In this document: positions 13,481 to 30,505 of the stretch, one piece after another
How the letters are laid out: each line of letters starts with the position of its first letter
Numbering within the stretch: position 1 is the stretch's first letter
Assembly (NCBI RefSeq): GCF_009914755.1
Contig: NC_060931.1
Length of the DNA: 64,000 bases
Strand: one strand, 5' to 3'
Source of the DNA: the human T2T-CHM13v2.0 reference genome, Homo sapiens
Notes under the pieces: generated by a model
Databases searched by the model: none
What the model was told of the DNA's origin: nothing
The model's input: the letters and a program-made list of their open reading frames with translations, nothing else
Translations under genes and position numbers: made by a program

Positions 13481-15534
13481 GGTTTTTTTTAAAAAAAAAA
13501 AAAGATAGCTAACACTTGTAAAATGCTTGGCATAGTGCCTGGCCCATATTAAGAGCTCAACAGATGGCAATTTTATTTACTGGTATAACCCAGTTGTTAG
13601 AGCCACATTGTATCCTAAGCAACCTTCCAGCTCCTGAACCAGCTCTAGTCTCCATGCGGTCTGGCTTTGAGGTTGAGATTCCAGATCCCTCTGTTTCCCA
13701 GGCTGGCCCCAAATAAACCCTATTACTTAAGGCAGTGCTTTTCAATGGATATGTGATGGTTTATTTTATTGCCTTAAATGCTTCCCAAGTGAGCTGCAAT
13801 GTGTAAGATGTTTTTTGGGAGCATTTCTGTTGTTATACAGTTCTGGAAAGCTAGATTGCTAATTGAGCACCGCATGATGTGGGATAGAGTCAGAGTCTAG
13901 CCTGCTGCAGGTCAGAGTTCAGGCAGCAGAGGTGGAACCTGATGGCAATGTAGTGCCAAAGAAAAAAGACCTGGGTTTCAAAGACAGAGGCTATGAGGGA
14001 AGTAAAGACACACTCAAATAGCAGTCATGTGGATGGGGACCAGAGGAATCCCAGGACAATTGTGGATACCATTTTAAGCCTTCAAGTGTGTAACCCCAAA
14101 TTCTAGCATTCCACAGAAAGAGTGACAATCACTGATTTAAGGTAATCTGAGAATGTCTATTCCTTGCAAGCCTAATAAAGAAGTTTCCATTTCATAGTCA
14201 TCAGAAGGATTGTTGTATGCAATAGCTAATGATAATACTAGCTAATAATTATTGGGTGCTCAACAGAAGCCAGGCACTGTGCTAATATTTCATTCTTACC
14301 TCAACCCTAGGAGGTAGGTACTGTTATCTCCCTTTCAGTAGATACAGCTGAGGCACAGGGGAGTTCAGTAACTTGCTGAAGTTCACGCAGCTGGTAAATG
14401 CTAGAGCCAGGAAGAAGGATCATTCTTAGTCTCTAGTTCTAGAAGCAAGGGTGTGGCCCAGGGTTTAGGAGTTAGATGGAATGACATTTTGCTAACAGTA
14501 AGCAAAAACATGCCAACAGGCCAATCCAACATTGGAATGGGGAGTTTTAGAAAACAGCAAATTCTCTCTAAGCAGCATGACTATCAAATATGTTTTAGAA
14601 GAGATTTTTGCATTGGGTAGCAGGTTGGACTAAATGCCTTTCAAGGTCCTTCAAAGAACCCAAGATTAAAAGTTTAGATCTTGGTAGAGCTTCAGATTGG
14701 GAGCTGGACTGTATGCTTTTTATTTTTTTTTTAATTTGAACTTCCAAACTCCAATGCATACCCTGATGCATAAACTATGTACACTTTTTATTTTGATGTT
14801 CATGAACTTCTCAGAACTCTTGAGGCATGGTAAAATTATTTTCCCTATGTGGTTTTTTTTTTTAAGTCTTTTAGCTGACGGTAGTTGTGTAGCATCTTTC
14901 TGACCAGCAAGAAAATGCCTTTCTAATCTCTAGAAGAGAAATTGTTTGCATAAGGTGTTCTCCCACATTTATGTCTTTAATTTCAGACGAGAGGCACTGA
15001 TCTTTTCATAAGGACTTTCCTGCTACACCTCCCACAAATGGTGTGTGTCTTGTGAACTCTATAGGTGTGGCATTGATAATGGTGTTTGATAGTGTTTGGG
15101 CTGTTCAGAATCTGCCCTTTATACTGAAATGGTATGTCTAGCTTTGTTTCCAGGATTACAGAAACTTCTTTGGTCTATTTCCGTGACTGCATTCAGTGGA
15201 GACACATTACTTTCTGCTTTTCAGAGCCTGAGACCACCTTCCAGGACAATGGAGGCATATGGTGGCATTTCTAGTTGGAGTTGGCGCTGATTGAGCCTTT
15301 GCCATTACTTGGCAAAATTAATTTGGTTGTGGTTGGTTGTTTGACCCGGGGGTGGCATTTTTCTGTGGGCAGAATAGTAGAGCTGAGTTGCATATAGTTG
15401 TTTTTAAGGTCTTTGGATAATAACCATTTTAACCAAATGTGTAGAGGCTTTGAAATTGCCATATGTGCAACTTAAGTTATCATTTCACATACAAGTAGTT
15501 CATTAAATATATTAATTGAGTTTATTGAACATAT

Positions 15535-16490
15535 GCTTTTAAAAATAGACTTTGTATTTTAGAGCAGATTTAGGTTCACAGCAAAACTGAGCAGATAGTA
15601 CAGAGATTTCTCATATACCCACCCACTTGCATAGACTCCCAACTAACAACATCCCCCACCAGAGGTGGTACATTTGTTAGAGTTGATGAAGCAACACTGA
15701 CACCTCATTATCCCCCAAAGTCCACCATTTATATTAGGGTTCACTCTTGGTGTTGTACATTCAGTGGGTTTGGACACATTTTTAATGACATGTATCCATC
15801 ATTATAGTATCATACAGAGTAGTTTACTGCCCTACAAATAGTTTGTGTTCCACCTAGGCATTCCTCCCACCGTTCTAATCCCTGGCAACCTTTTTTTTGT
15901 TTTGTTTTACCTTCTCCATGGTTTTGCCGTTTCCAAAATGTTGCAAAGTTGAAATTAACAGTATGTAGTCTTTTCCAATTGGCTTTTTCACTTAGCAATA
16001 TACACTTAAGTTTCCTCAATGTCTTTCTGTAGCTTGAGACAGCTCATTTCTTTTTAGAGCTGAATAATATTCCATTGTCTGGATGTACGGCAGTTTACTT
16101 ATCTGTTCACCTACTGAAGGATGTCTTGGTTGCTTCCAAGTTTGGGCAGTTATGAATAAAGCTGCTATAAACATCCACATCCAGGTTTTCGTACGGACAT
16201 AAGTTTTCAACTCTTTTGGGTAAACACCAAGGAGCATGCTTGTTGGATCGTATGGTAAGAATCTATTTATTTTTGTGACAAATTGCCAATCTGTCTTCCA
16301 AAGTGACTGTGCCATTTTGCATCTGCACCGCAGTCAGTGAGAGTTCCTGTTGCTCCACATCCTTACCAGCATTTGCCATTGTTGGTGTTTTGGATTTTGG
16401 CTTTTCTAATAGGTGTGTAGGGGTATCTCATTGTTTTAATTTGCATTTCCCTAATGACATATGCTATGGAGCATTTTTATATGCTTTTTT
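15535..16490 (-). mobile_element. L1MC-type 3' end (resumes at about 17795-17965)
   Basis: tagagcagatttaggttcacagcaaaactgagc 3' end; ORF 16016-16315 matches the L1 ORF2 C-terminus (YPKELKTY..MFIAALFITAQTWKQP). Confidence 0.85.
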
Positions 16491-16527
16491 GCTAGCTATA
16501 TATCTATATATAGCTATATAAATATAT

Positions 16528-16884
16528 ATTTTTTATTTCAATAGTTTTTGGGGTTCAGTTGGTTTTTGGTTAAATGGATGAATTGTATAGTGGTGAAATC
16601 TGAGATTTTATTTTACCTGTCACCCAAGTAGTGTACCCAATATGTAGTTTTTCATTGCTCTCCCACCTCCCCCTTACCTCCTTCTGAGTCTCCAGAGTTC
16701 ATTACACCACTGTGTATACCTTTGCATAGCCATAGCTTAGCCCCTAATTATAAGTGAGAACATATGGTATTTGGCTTTCCATTTCTGAGTTACTTCACTT
16801 AGAATAAATGGCCTCCAGCTGCATCCAAGTTGCTGCAAAAGACATTATTTTATTCTTTTTTATGGCTGAGTAGTGTTCCATGGG
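16528..16884 (-). mobile_element. L1PB1-like 3' end
   Basis: ttatttcaatagtttttgggg...aagtgagaacatatggtatttgg; encodes MEHYSAIKKNKIMSFAATWMQLEAI. Confidence 0.85.
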
Positions 16885-17790
16885 GTGCACCTGTGGATAG
16901 CCTTTCCTGAACACTTCAGCGGGGCTGCCTCTCCACAGGCAGCGTGCCCTCCAGTTGCAGGCTTGCGCGAGGGGTAGAGTCACAATCCATCTCAACATGG
17001 AACATCAGCCTTCCTGCAGATGAAAAGAGGTGTCTGTCTGATCTGAATAGCTGGGACACTGGGTCAGGAGTGTGACTAGGAGGTGGATCACTTTCAGGGG
17101 AGCTGAGGTGTCCATCCCTTCCTTCTGAGAAGACCTCCGTGCATTTCACTGAGAGCTCCCTCAGCTGCCTCTATTAGGGCTGGGACCTCTACCCATCATT
17201 GGGTATTGCATTTACCCACTTTGCTTTAGCCACCAATTTTTTTTTTTTTTTTTGAGACAGGGCCTCACTCTCTCACCCAGGCTGGAGTGCAGTGGTACAG
17301 TCTCAGCTCATTGCAACCTCTCCCTCCCAAGTAGCTGGGATTACAGGTCTGTACCACCATGCCTGGCTAATTTTTGTACTTTTGGTAGAGACAGGGTTTC
17401 ACCATGTTGCCTAGGTTGGTCTCGAACTTCTGAGCTCAAGCAATCTGCATATCTCAGCCTCCCAAAGTGCTGGGATTACAGGCGTGAGCCATTGTGCCCG
17501 GACACCACAATCGGTTTTTACCTGTGGACACCTCCCCTTCTGGCTGGAAGCTCAACCTGTTCAACCCAGTAAATAAAGTGCTAGGGAAAAAATTAAAAAA
17601 TGCATACTACTGGAGAACAAGATAAGCTTTGAGAGACCTCTGCCATTCTGACCCCACAGGAGACAGTGAGCACATTGCTGCTACAACCAGCAGCTGAGAA
17701 AGCCACCATACAAAGACTCTCTATAACCAAGGAACTCACACAGAGTCTTCACCCCTGAAAGCACCAGGAGCAGAATTAGGTGACAATAAA
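16885..17790 (+). mobile_element. Probable L1PB/L1P4 5'-UTR segment, opposite orientation to the adjoining 3' end, interrupted by an Alu
   Basis: gtctgatctgaatagctgggacactggg and aagactctctataaccaaggaactcacacagagtcttcacccctgaaagcacc recalled as L1PBa/L1P4 5' sequence. Confidence 0.55.
17238..17503 (-). mobile_element. AluJ with internal deletion
   Basis: Antisense Alu with tgagctcaagcaatc; deletion between cctccc motifs. Confidence 0.85.
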
Positions 17791-18203
17791 CTGTGTCTTT
17801 TTTTATAAGGTGTCTATTCAGATCTTTTGCCAGTTTTTCAACTGGGTTGTTCGTATTCTTATTGTTGAGTTTTTAAGAGTTCTCTGTATGTGTTAGGTAA
17901 AATTCTTCATCAGATGTCTTTTGTAAATATTTTCTCCCAGTCTGTAGCTTGTCTTCTCATTCTCTCGAATATACACTCCTCTGACGGTGCTCTGTTAGAT
18001 GTTTTATGGGCACAGAAATTATATTTAGCACGGAATTTCTCCCTTTCAAGTTGCTCTCATTCTTATTGGCAAATACCTATTTCCTGGGTGCAGAAAGATC
18101 CCCATTGCTGTTTCCTATTGGCTACTCATGAAGCTGTTAAGTGGATCGTGGGAGCAGTAAACACTCCAGATAATTTGTTTATTTGGGAAACTTGCTTGGA
18201 TAG

Positions 18204-18833
<630 letters not shown>

Positions 18834-19465
18834 TAGCATAGAATCACAGGGAGTACACCTCATGTGACTTCACGTTTAGAGTCAGCATTTGCTCATAATG
18901 AATTACATATCAGTAAATGAACATGACATGCTTCAACTTCAATAATATTAAACAAAACTCTTTCAGTGTGCTTATTCATAGATGAAAAACAGGGCCTGAA
19001 AACCCAGTGTGACTTGGGTGTCATATATCTTCAGTTTGGATGCACTATATCAGTGCTAATCAATAAAGGCCAGGAATGATTTTGGAGTATAATGTCCAGC
19101 CTTAAATCTTAAATGAAAGTGAAATTCAAACACTTAGCCCAGCAGTAGAAGAACAAACACTAGTGAGACAGTATAATTTGTTAAGACGAACATGGGCCAG
19201 ATCCATTATCTAATATATGTGTCCTCGACAGTATGTACCGTCTCGAAGAGGAAGAAATAGTCAAGGTACCCAAATGAGCCATTCCTCAGAGACAGCCAAA
19301 GAGCTCTGAGAGAGAGCAAGTGTGGGCAAGAAAGAGGGGACATTTGTGTCTCTGACCATGAACATATGCTGAGTCACCCAACTGCAGGTCCATTTTTTTG
19401 GTGAGACTGATATAAATGTTCTTCCAAACTGGCCAAGCTGCAAGGTTTCCAAAAGCAAAGCTTAA

Positions 19466-19934
<469 letters not shown>

Positions 19935-20220
19935 TTAAAAAGCAAGACTTGCAGAACATTAGGACTAGGAGGTAGCTGTGGCCAGGGCTCTGTGTAATGC
20001 AAAGATTATGTCTATAGGACCTCTGCAGGCCTGGGTTTTACTCCTAGCTGTGTCCTTACTAGTTATATCATCTTGGGCAACTTATGTAAACCCCTGAGCC
20101 TCAGTTTCTTCCTTTGTAAAATGGGAATAACAATTTCTGCCATTCAGTACTGTTGCCTAGATGAGTGATAATTTGTGTCAAATACCTGGCACATACTAGG
20201 GACTCAATAAATTTTAAGTA

Positions 20221-20520
20221 CAGTAATGTCACTTAACAATGGAGATATGTTCTGAGAAATGTGTCATTAGGTGATTCCATCATTGAGCAAACATCATAGA
20301 GTGTACCTACACGAACCTAGATGCCTACTACCCACCTAGGATACAAATCTGTACAGCATATTACTGTACTGAATAGCAACTGTAACACAGTGTTAAATAT
20401 TGATGTATCTAAACATGTAAACATAGAAATGTTACAGTAAAAATATGGTATTATAATCTTATGGGACCACTGTTGTCTTTGTGGCCTATCACTGATTGAA
20501 ATGTTATGTGGCGCATAATT
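20221..20520 (+). mobile_element. Tigger3a-like MITE
   Basis: ttctgagaaatgtgtcattaggtgatt...ggtattataatcttatgggaccac; preceded by TA. Confidence 0.8.
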
Positions 20521-20639
20521 ATAATTTTAAAAAATCATTCAGACCTAATGTATGCATTTAATGACTCCACTCTAAGGAAAGCCCAGATGCACTTAAATAT
20601 ACTTCTGTTTATACTGCTTTCATTGGAAATGAAATGCCA

Positions 20640-21290
20640 TGTCAACTATGATGCTTTCAGTTGTAAGTAGCAAAACTGCCAACTCAAACTAGCTTAAAAA
20701 ATAAAGTGAATTTATTGGTTCATGTAACTGGAAAGTCTCATGAAAATGTCAGCTTCAGGAGAAGCTTGACCCAGCAGCTTCATGATGTATGGAAATACCT
20801 GGGTTTTTTGTTTCTGCTCTGCTACTGTGGTATCAGCTTTATTCCAAGTCTGGCTTCCTTTGTTGTTGCAAAATGCTTGTCAGAAGAAGCCTGGGTCCAT
20901 CTGTTAGGATTAAGTTTACTCTGTATGCTGTAGTAGTGGCTATGACAAGATAGAAGTGTATTTCTCCTCCATATAAAAGAAATCCAGAGATAGGCAGTCC
21001 AGGGATGGTATGTGGCTCCACTATGTCATGGACCCAGACATTTAACTTGATGCTCCACGTCCTAAGGTATGGCTCCTTTTCTCAAGTGCACCTCAAGGTC
21101 CAAAATGACTGCTAGAGTTCCAGCCATTACATCTGCATTCTAGGCAGGAGGAAGGGGCAGAAGAAAGGCTTGCCTCTTCTCTTTTAAGGAGACTCATTGG
21201 AAGTGCCACACAATCCTTTGCTTACAGCTTATTGGCTGGCACATAGGGTAGTTGCCAGGGAGACTAGGAAATAAAGTCTTTTGTTCCCCC
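20640..21290 (-). mobile_element. Old MaLR LTR pieces (MLT1J/K-like)
   Basis: aactcaaactagcttaa...tttattggttcatgtaactggaaagtc; gttccagccattacatctgcattctaggcagg. Confidence 0.65.
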
Positions 21291-21374
21291 TCCCATCCTC
21301 AGTTCCTTTTGCACTGTGCTAAACAATTCTAGGACTTTTAACAGAACTCTTCATAAAAGTCTTGAATTTTATTG

Positions 21375-21674
21375 TATTTATTTATTTTTGAGATGGAGTC
21401 TTACTCTGTTACCCAGGCTAGGGTGCAATGGTGCTATCTTAGCCCATTGCAACCTCCACCTCCCACATTCAAGTGACTGTCCTGCCTCAGCCTCCTGAGT
21501 AGCTGGGACTCCAGGCGCGCACCACCACACCTGGCTAATTTTTCTTTTTTTTTTCGTAGAGACAGGTTTCACCATGTTGGCCATGGCTGGTCTCAAACTC
21601 CTGACCTCAGGTGATCTGCCTGTCTCGGCCTCCCAAAGTGCTGGAATTACCAGTGTGAGCTACCATGCCTGGCC
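21375..21674 (-). mobile_element. AluS
   Basis: Full antisense Alu dimer. Confidence 0.9.
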
Positions 21675-22968
21675 AAAAATCTTGGGTTTTAGATCCCTTC
21701 TTTATTTTTTTGGATCTTTTCTGAATCTTCTCCAGTCTTTCCTGATTCACAAGGGGCACAGTCATAAGCCAGGAAATCCCTAAACCTTTATATACTTTAG
21801 TTTCCCCATCTATAAAAAGATAAAAGATAATTGTAGCTACCCTTTTTCCTCCAGAGATTAAATAAGATGCATGCATGCTTGATGCAGTGAACATTTAATG
21901 AAGGTTAAGTAATAAATGTAATACTTTGTGATTCACGGGTCCTGTCTCCTATTTGTGTTTTTATCTATCATGCTTGTTTCTTTACCTGAAACCTCCAAAT
22001 CTCTTCTTGCTCAACCGCAGCTTCTGCTTCTGTAATTTGTTTTTCTCCCTTTAGAAATGCTTCTTAATAAACGCCTTTGAGTCTATTTCTGACTTCATCT
22101 CGAATTTGCCAAGGTAGTTTTTTCAGTGTCTGAAAATATGACAATAAGAGAAAATGATTCAGGAGGGCAAAGAGCAGAAAAGCAGCTATAAAGAGTGGGC
22201 AGAGGGGAAGGGGAGCGTTGGCCTCTCCCTGGGAGCTCCAGGCTCCATGTGCACACACAGGCTCATCCCCGCTTCTGTCAAGCTCTTGTTCCCAGGCTGA
22301 GTTACTTAGAAAAGGAAGAAGAATTTTTCCTATTTGTTCATGTGAATTCACTTAAGAAACACATCCTCAGTGATTAGGCGTTAGAGCTAATTTGTCTACA
22401 TGCAGCTTAGAGTTAAGCTTGGGAATTTATTTTATTTGAAATTCAAAGGATGAAGCCCTCTTTGTCTTAAGGGCTGAGAAACGCAGCTCAGCTGCGTCTA
22501 AGATGGTTTGTACTCACTCTCTTCCTCCCTTCTTGCTTCGGCAAGGATGGAAGGGCTGGGAGGATTTGCATTCAGTTTCTCATGCAAAGAGCTCCTCACG
22601 GAATTCCTGCCCTTTGCATATGCTGGACAAGACCAAGATTTTCCAGGTCGCTGCTTGCAGTTGTATTCATAACTGTGGGGGGAGATAATAGCTAACATCA
22701 ATTGACGGTCACTAGAAGCATTTTGCATGTATAATAACAGTAACAGCCAACACATAAAACGGTGCCTACTATGTGCCAGGCATAGTTTAAATTTTGTATA
22801 CCTCAACCAATTTTATTCTTTCATACTCCTCTGAAGTAGTAATTACTATTACCTACATTTTACAGAAAGGTTAAATGTGGGCTCAGAAAGGTTAAATCAC
22901 TTGCTCAGGGTTATATTCAGCTAGTGTCAGAGCCTGGATTCAAACTGATCATATGGCTCTGTGCTCTT

Positions 22969-23009
22969 TTTCTTTTTTTTTTTTTTTTTTTGTTTTGAGA
23001 CAGAGTCTC
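22969..23009 (-). mobile_element. Extremely 5'-truncated Alu inside a MIR
   Basis: T tract plus gagacagagtctc, flanked by 13-bp TSD gctctgtgctctt (22956-22968, 23010-23022). Confidence 0.85.
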
Positions 23010-24329
23010 GCTCTGTGCTCTTAACTGGTACATTCTACCATCTTCCTAGGAGGGGGTTTTAGTATTAATATTCTTATAAAAAGGAGACTGAGGCAGGGAG
23101 AGAGGAAGGAATCCTGGATTCCAGCGTAGGCAGGAGACTCCAGAGCCCGGGTCTTCTTTGCTACCTCCTCCAGGGACATGCGGAGACATCTCCACATCCA
23201 GCACTTCACATAGGAAGTACCCTGAGGACCACGTGGGATGACATAACCCATCTGGAGTAACTAGTGGCATGGTGCAGGGTGCAGAGCTGTGCTTGAGGTG
23301 CTCCCTAAACCCCATCAGTCCTGATACTGCTTCTGGGGCCTGGAGGGGAGTAAGGGAGGCCAGTGTTTGGGGGACAGAAGGCGGCAGCCCTGTGATCAAC
23401 AAAATCATGTTTCTGGCACCAGGAGCAGAATTCATGTGTGCTTTTACTGCTTCCTGTGCTCTTCCTCATTTTACCCCAGGGCCATTGGTCATGGTGTCCT
23501 GGGACCCTCTGGGGGCTTGGAGCATCGATACCACAACCATAGTCCCACCTGTTAAGTAAGAGAACTAGCCAGGGAAGACATCATTTAAAGTGTAATTTAT
23601 TTATTTGTATCTTGCCTTGCTCCCCAAAGCTTTTATGACAGGATACAGAAATGCTTCACATACTGGAAGAGTGCCTCAGTTAGGTGTGTGTGTGACAGTG
23701 TGGCTGCAATCCCAGCTCTCCTTCTCTCCTTCCCAGGAGCCATGGACAAGTGCCAGCATCTTTCTGGCACCGGATTTTTCTGCCTCTAATGTGGGAATGA
23801 TGTCTTCCCAGTAGAATTAGGGTAGACATTAATACCAGTTCATGTAAATTTCTAGCACTAGCCTGGACCACAGAGGTGCTCAGTGGATAATTATTATTAT
23901 TACAAGGCATAGAATTATTTAACGGAAAGAAATCAAGGGGTGGGGTCATAAAATAGAGCCAAGAATGAGGTCCATACAAAAATACCTACTATGAAGTCAT
24001 ACGCACTTTGTCAGGGCCAGTGTGATGAGAGAAACCTGATTATTAAATCACTCACGATGTTCACAAGAGGAAAACAGTGGGCTCAGGAGAGGCAACCGCT
24101 CAGAAAGAGCTCTTTAGAGGCCTTCTGAGAAGGGCACTGTGCAACGTTATAAACTGTTCTCAACAACTTCCTCAGAATAAACCCAGTGATAAGTGCCACC
24201 GGCTTCCCTTTAATAGAGGCTAATGGCAACAAGCCACAGCATCAGCCAATAGAAACCATTCCTGAGAGCCAGCATCATAGAGTCCAGGCACAGTGCTTGC
24301 AGGGGCTGTGATTTAACCAGGGGCAACAA

Positions 24330-24560
24330 CAGCGAGTGCTTACTGAGCGTCAGGAGGGCCAGTGAGAGCTCTGAGCCCTCTGCATGGATCACCTCGCTTA
24401 AGTCTTACAACACCCATATGAGATTGTAATATGGTCATCCCCATTTTACAGATGAGTAAACTGAGGCCCAGAAAAGCTAAGAAAGCTTCCCAAGGTCACT
24501 GAGCTCATGATCCCTAAGCAGCGTTCAAACCCAGGCAGTCAGGCAGGCAGGCAGGCAGGC
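24330..24560 (-). mobile_element. MIR with adjacent (GGCA)n
   Basis: ccccattttacagatgagtaaactgaggcccaga core; ggca repeats at about 24540-24560. Confidence 0.75.
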
Positions 24561-25036
24561 TGGCTCTGGAGCCTGTGCCACTGCCCTCTCTGGTAACTGA
24601 TTAGGACCAAATATCCCTGTGATAGTCCTTCATAAAGGCTGTCCTTGACAGCTGAGCCTTTGACAAATCTTGGGCAGCAGTGAGTTTAAGGAAATGTGTG
24701 AATCCTGATGAGTTCCTGAGGGGCCAACATTCTGGAGGGCTAGTTACTGTGGAGCCGTATGCTTTACCCGTGGGCTGAGATGGAATAGGACCGACAGATT
24801 TCCGCTCAGGGTCCCAGTATGGGCTCTGGCTTGAACTGAAGGTGATCCATGAGCTGGGTTCAGAAAAGGGGGTAGGCAAATAGGGAAGCAAGGCCAAAGT
24901 GCACCTAGAAAGTAAGCTCCAGTCCACTCCAGTGCACAGACAAATGGATGATTGAGAACCCACAGTTCATGTATCAGGGCTGCCATAATTTTAATTGGAA
25001 AAATTCTTTAAGGCAGTTAAGTTTCTGTTCTGGCTA

Positions 25037-25937
<901 letters not shown>

Positions 25938-27594
25938 TATCCATAGGATACTTAGTGCACATCTCTTTTATTGTGATTTTTGCCTAGTATATTGGATCCC
26001 CAAACTGTCAGACAAAAAACACTTCCAAAGTCTTCTCCACCCCATAATCACCATCCCAGCAGAATTTTCCAGAAAGGCAAATACAGTATTGTGCTATTTC
26101 TGCATGGTAGACATTGCATACTTATAATTCTGACACAGCAGGACTCTAAGCCATCCAGTCTTCTGGGCTCCTCTTCTTGTGTACCAAGATTAACGAGCAG
26201 AGTCCCACTCCTCTTCTGTGAAAGCCGAGTCCTCCTCAAGATGTCCTGAGACTGTCTCTGAGGACTCACAGACTCCTGGTCCAGGGTTGTCAGCACCCTG
26301 GCAGTGACTGCCCTTTCCCTGACATGTCACCCTGCTGTACAGGGCCCCAGTTTCTCTATCCTTTCTGCCTTAGGCTGCATTTGCCTGAATGCCAAGGAAT
26401 TGGAGCACAGCATCATAGGGGCAATCGCAGAAGGCCTAATGTTCTGCCCTTTAGCCAAACCACTTGCCATGTCCCCTTAAGGCCTTGCCTTGCCATTACC
26501 TTCTTGGGCTTTGCTCTTCTCCAGAAGTGGCTGTCTACTCAACTAACAGCTTCCTGCAATCCCCAAATTCTGGTTACTTCCCACCGGAACACAACACAGC
26601 TTGTTCTTCATTTTTCTTTGTTACTTCCCAGGCTATACCCAGAGCTTGCATTTCTCACCTACAAGTCCCATCAAGGCTCATGGTATTATTTCTTCCCTAT
26701 AAGAGAATGTATGTCCTATTACGTGAAAGTGGCTACAGTCATGGCTTTAAATAGCATTCTCCCACTGCTACAATATGTGTATTGAAGCTTACAGAATAGT
26801 TGATAGTTAGGAATTAAGCCTAAAAAAGTAAGGACCAAATAACAATATAACAAAAATGACCCCAAACAAGAGATGCCCAAGCAGTATGATCAAGCAAAGA
26901 ATGGTGGTACCAAAAATAAGGGCAAAGAAGAGGAGATGGCTGATGGCGGGGATGGCCCCATTGGGCTCTCACGAGAGAGGTGAAGGTGGATTGAGTATGA
27001 GGGATGGAGGATGTGATGAGCGGGGAGAGACTAGGAGGGTGTCACAGGGAGGAGAAACCACTTGAGCAGAGGCAGGGAGGTGGCCTGACACGTGACCCAC
27101 TGGCTTGGAGGAGTGAGTAGGAGTAATCCAGGCTGGCGGGGAAGAGCAGGATCTTTACCAGGCCAGAAGGAGAAGCAGAAACCAGACGATGGAGACCCTG
27201 CCAATTGTCTTCTGATAGCAGTTCTGAAGTGAACAAGTTGATTGCGGTTCTCTGAGTGTAAGACACTCAACAATGTAAACTGCTAGGATGCAGCTCTCTA
27301 ATTAAGACTATTTTCTTACAACATGTGTTTGTTTATTACAGAGAGCTGTGATCACTTGAGGGTGTCATGTCAACCTTGTCTCATGCACCAGCTGAATTCA
27401 GTGACACTAACATCCTGGATCCTGCAGATGAGAGTATTATGACTGCACTACCAGGGAGGCTGCCCAGGGCTGGAGATTGCTCTGCTCCAGAGGTGCTTGG
27501 TTTGCAGTGTGGGCGGACTCAACCTGAGCGAAAGCCACGCAAAAGCGCCTTGAGCTGGAGCCCCATGCTAGTGTTGGTTACACCAGTGGTTCTT

Positions 27595-27891
<297 letters not shown>

Positions 27892-27896
27892 AACAC

Positions 27897-28085
27897 CAGT
27901 GGTTCTTAAACTTCAGCCTGGGTCTGAGTCACCTGGAGGGCTATGAAAACACAGAGTGCTGGGCCCCATCCCCAGAGTTTGTGCCTTCAGTAGGTCTGTG
28001 GGGGGCCTAAGGATTTGCGTTTGTAACAAGTCCCCAAGTAATACGGGTGCTGCTGGTTGGGAGATCCCACTTTCGAATCGCAGGT
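27897..28085 (+). mobile_element. MER5A (hAT-Charlie)
   Basis: cagtggttcttaaactt...gtcacctggaggg...gctgggcccc...taacaagtcccc. Confidence 0.85.
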
Positions 28086-28194
28086 TCACTCTACAGTCCC
28101 ATTGTTAACTTATAAAACTCTTCCTCTCTAGTTCTTCTTTTTGTAAAGGTGTGTCCTGAGGAACCTCAGATTTGAAAGAAGAGTGAATGGAAGT

Positions 28195-28980
<786 letters not shown>

Positions 28981-29069
28981 AGAGTGAATGGAGTGTTGTT
29001 TTAACTCCCATCATGGGACCAGTTGAAAGGTTTATAGGATAGAGGTTGGAAATGCAAACGGCCTAAACT

Positions 29070-29250
29070 AGTGGTTTTCAGCCCTGATTGAGCCATCCTA
29101 TCCTTGGAGAGTTTTATGTCTTATCCTTGTCTTAGCTGCGCCCGAGACCAATTAAATCAACATCTCTGGAGGTAAGGCCCAGGCATCAAAAAAATTTTCA
29201 ATACATCCCCAGATGATTCTAACATACCATCAGTATTTCAAACAGTGGCC
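29070..29250. mobile_element. MER5-family MITE
   Basis: agaccaattaaatcaacatctctgg...ccccagatgattctaac. Confidence 0.6.
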
Positions 29251-30168
29251 TGAAACCTCAAGGGTCAAATGAGTTAATGACTTTGGTGCAAACTGACTTG
29301 ACCCATATCATAAACAATGTGCCTTCATCTTCTCCCATACTTGCTTGGGAGGGGATGTAGAGTAGAATGAGGAGGCTTTCAGAATCAGATCTGCCCAGGA
29401 TTTGAAAACTGGCTCCATTACCAACTAGCTGTGTGTCCTTGGGCAAACCACATAACCCTTGTGGGCATGTTTTCTGCTAAGTGAAGAACACCATTTCAGA
29501 GGGTTTTTGTGAGGCACACATGAAGCAGCCAATTTCCCAGCTTTACCAGTGTCAGACCCTGTTTAGTCATCATTCCTTTCTTTCCATCTCATTCTAGACC
29601 GGAAAGGAGAAACAGTCTAAACTGCATGAAAGTCCTGGTACTGCTGTATCTCGTACTATAAGTTCAGTTTTCTCCCTTCACCTGAGGGTAAGTTGAAGAA
29701 TAACTTCATAAGCCAGGGAGAGATACGTTTGGATCAGGAGTTAGTGATAACAGGTGAGCCCAATAATAATCCTTTTTGCGCTCATGCTCAGATGTTTTTT
29801 ATGCACCAAGCTTTATAATGATGTAGATATACTCTAAGACAAAAACAGATAAAACTCACCTATAATTTTGAATCATAAAATAGTTTGGATTTTTCCATGT
29901 TTCTGGGTAGTCCTTACTCTTTGATAATATAAGGAATATATTTTTATTCAACTACAGTTAAGGCATAGATATAATTTTATACTCTGCATTTTCTTTATCT
30001 TCAGCATTCGTTATGTTTCTATAGTTCATTATTGACATTTTAATGACTACGTAGTATTTGATTGAATAGCCTTACTGTAATTTATTTTGATATTCCTCTA
30101 TTAAGCCTTTTGACTGCTAAGTTTTCAATATTAGAAATTGTACATAGTAAAAATATTTCTGCACGTAA

Positions 30169-30505
<337 letters not shown>

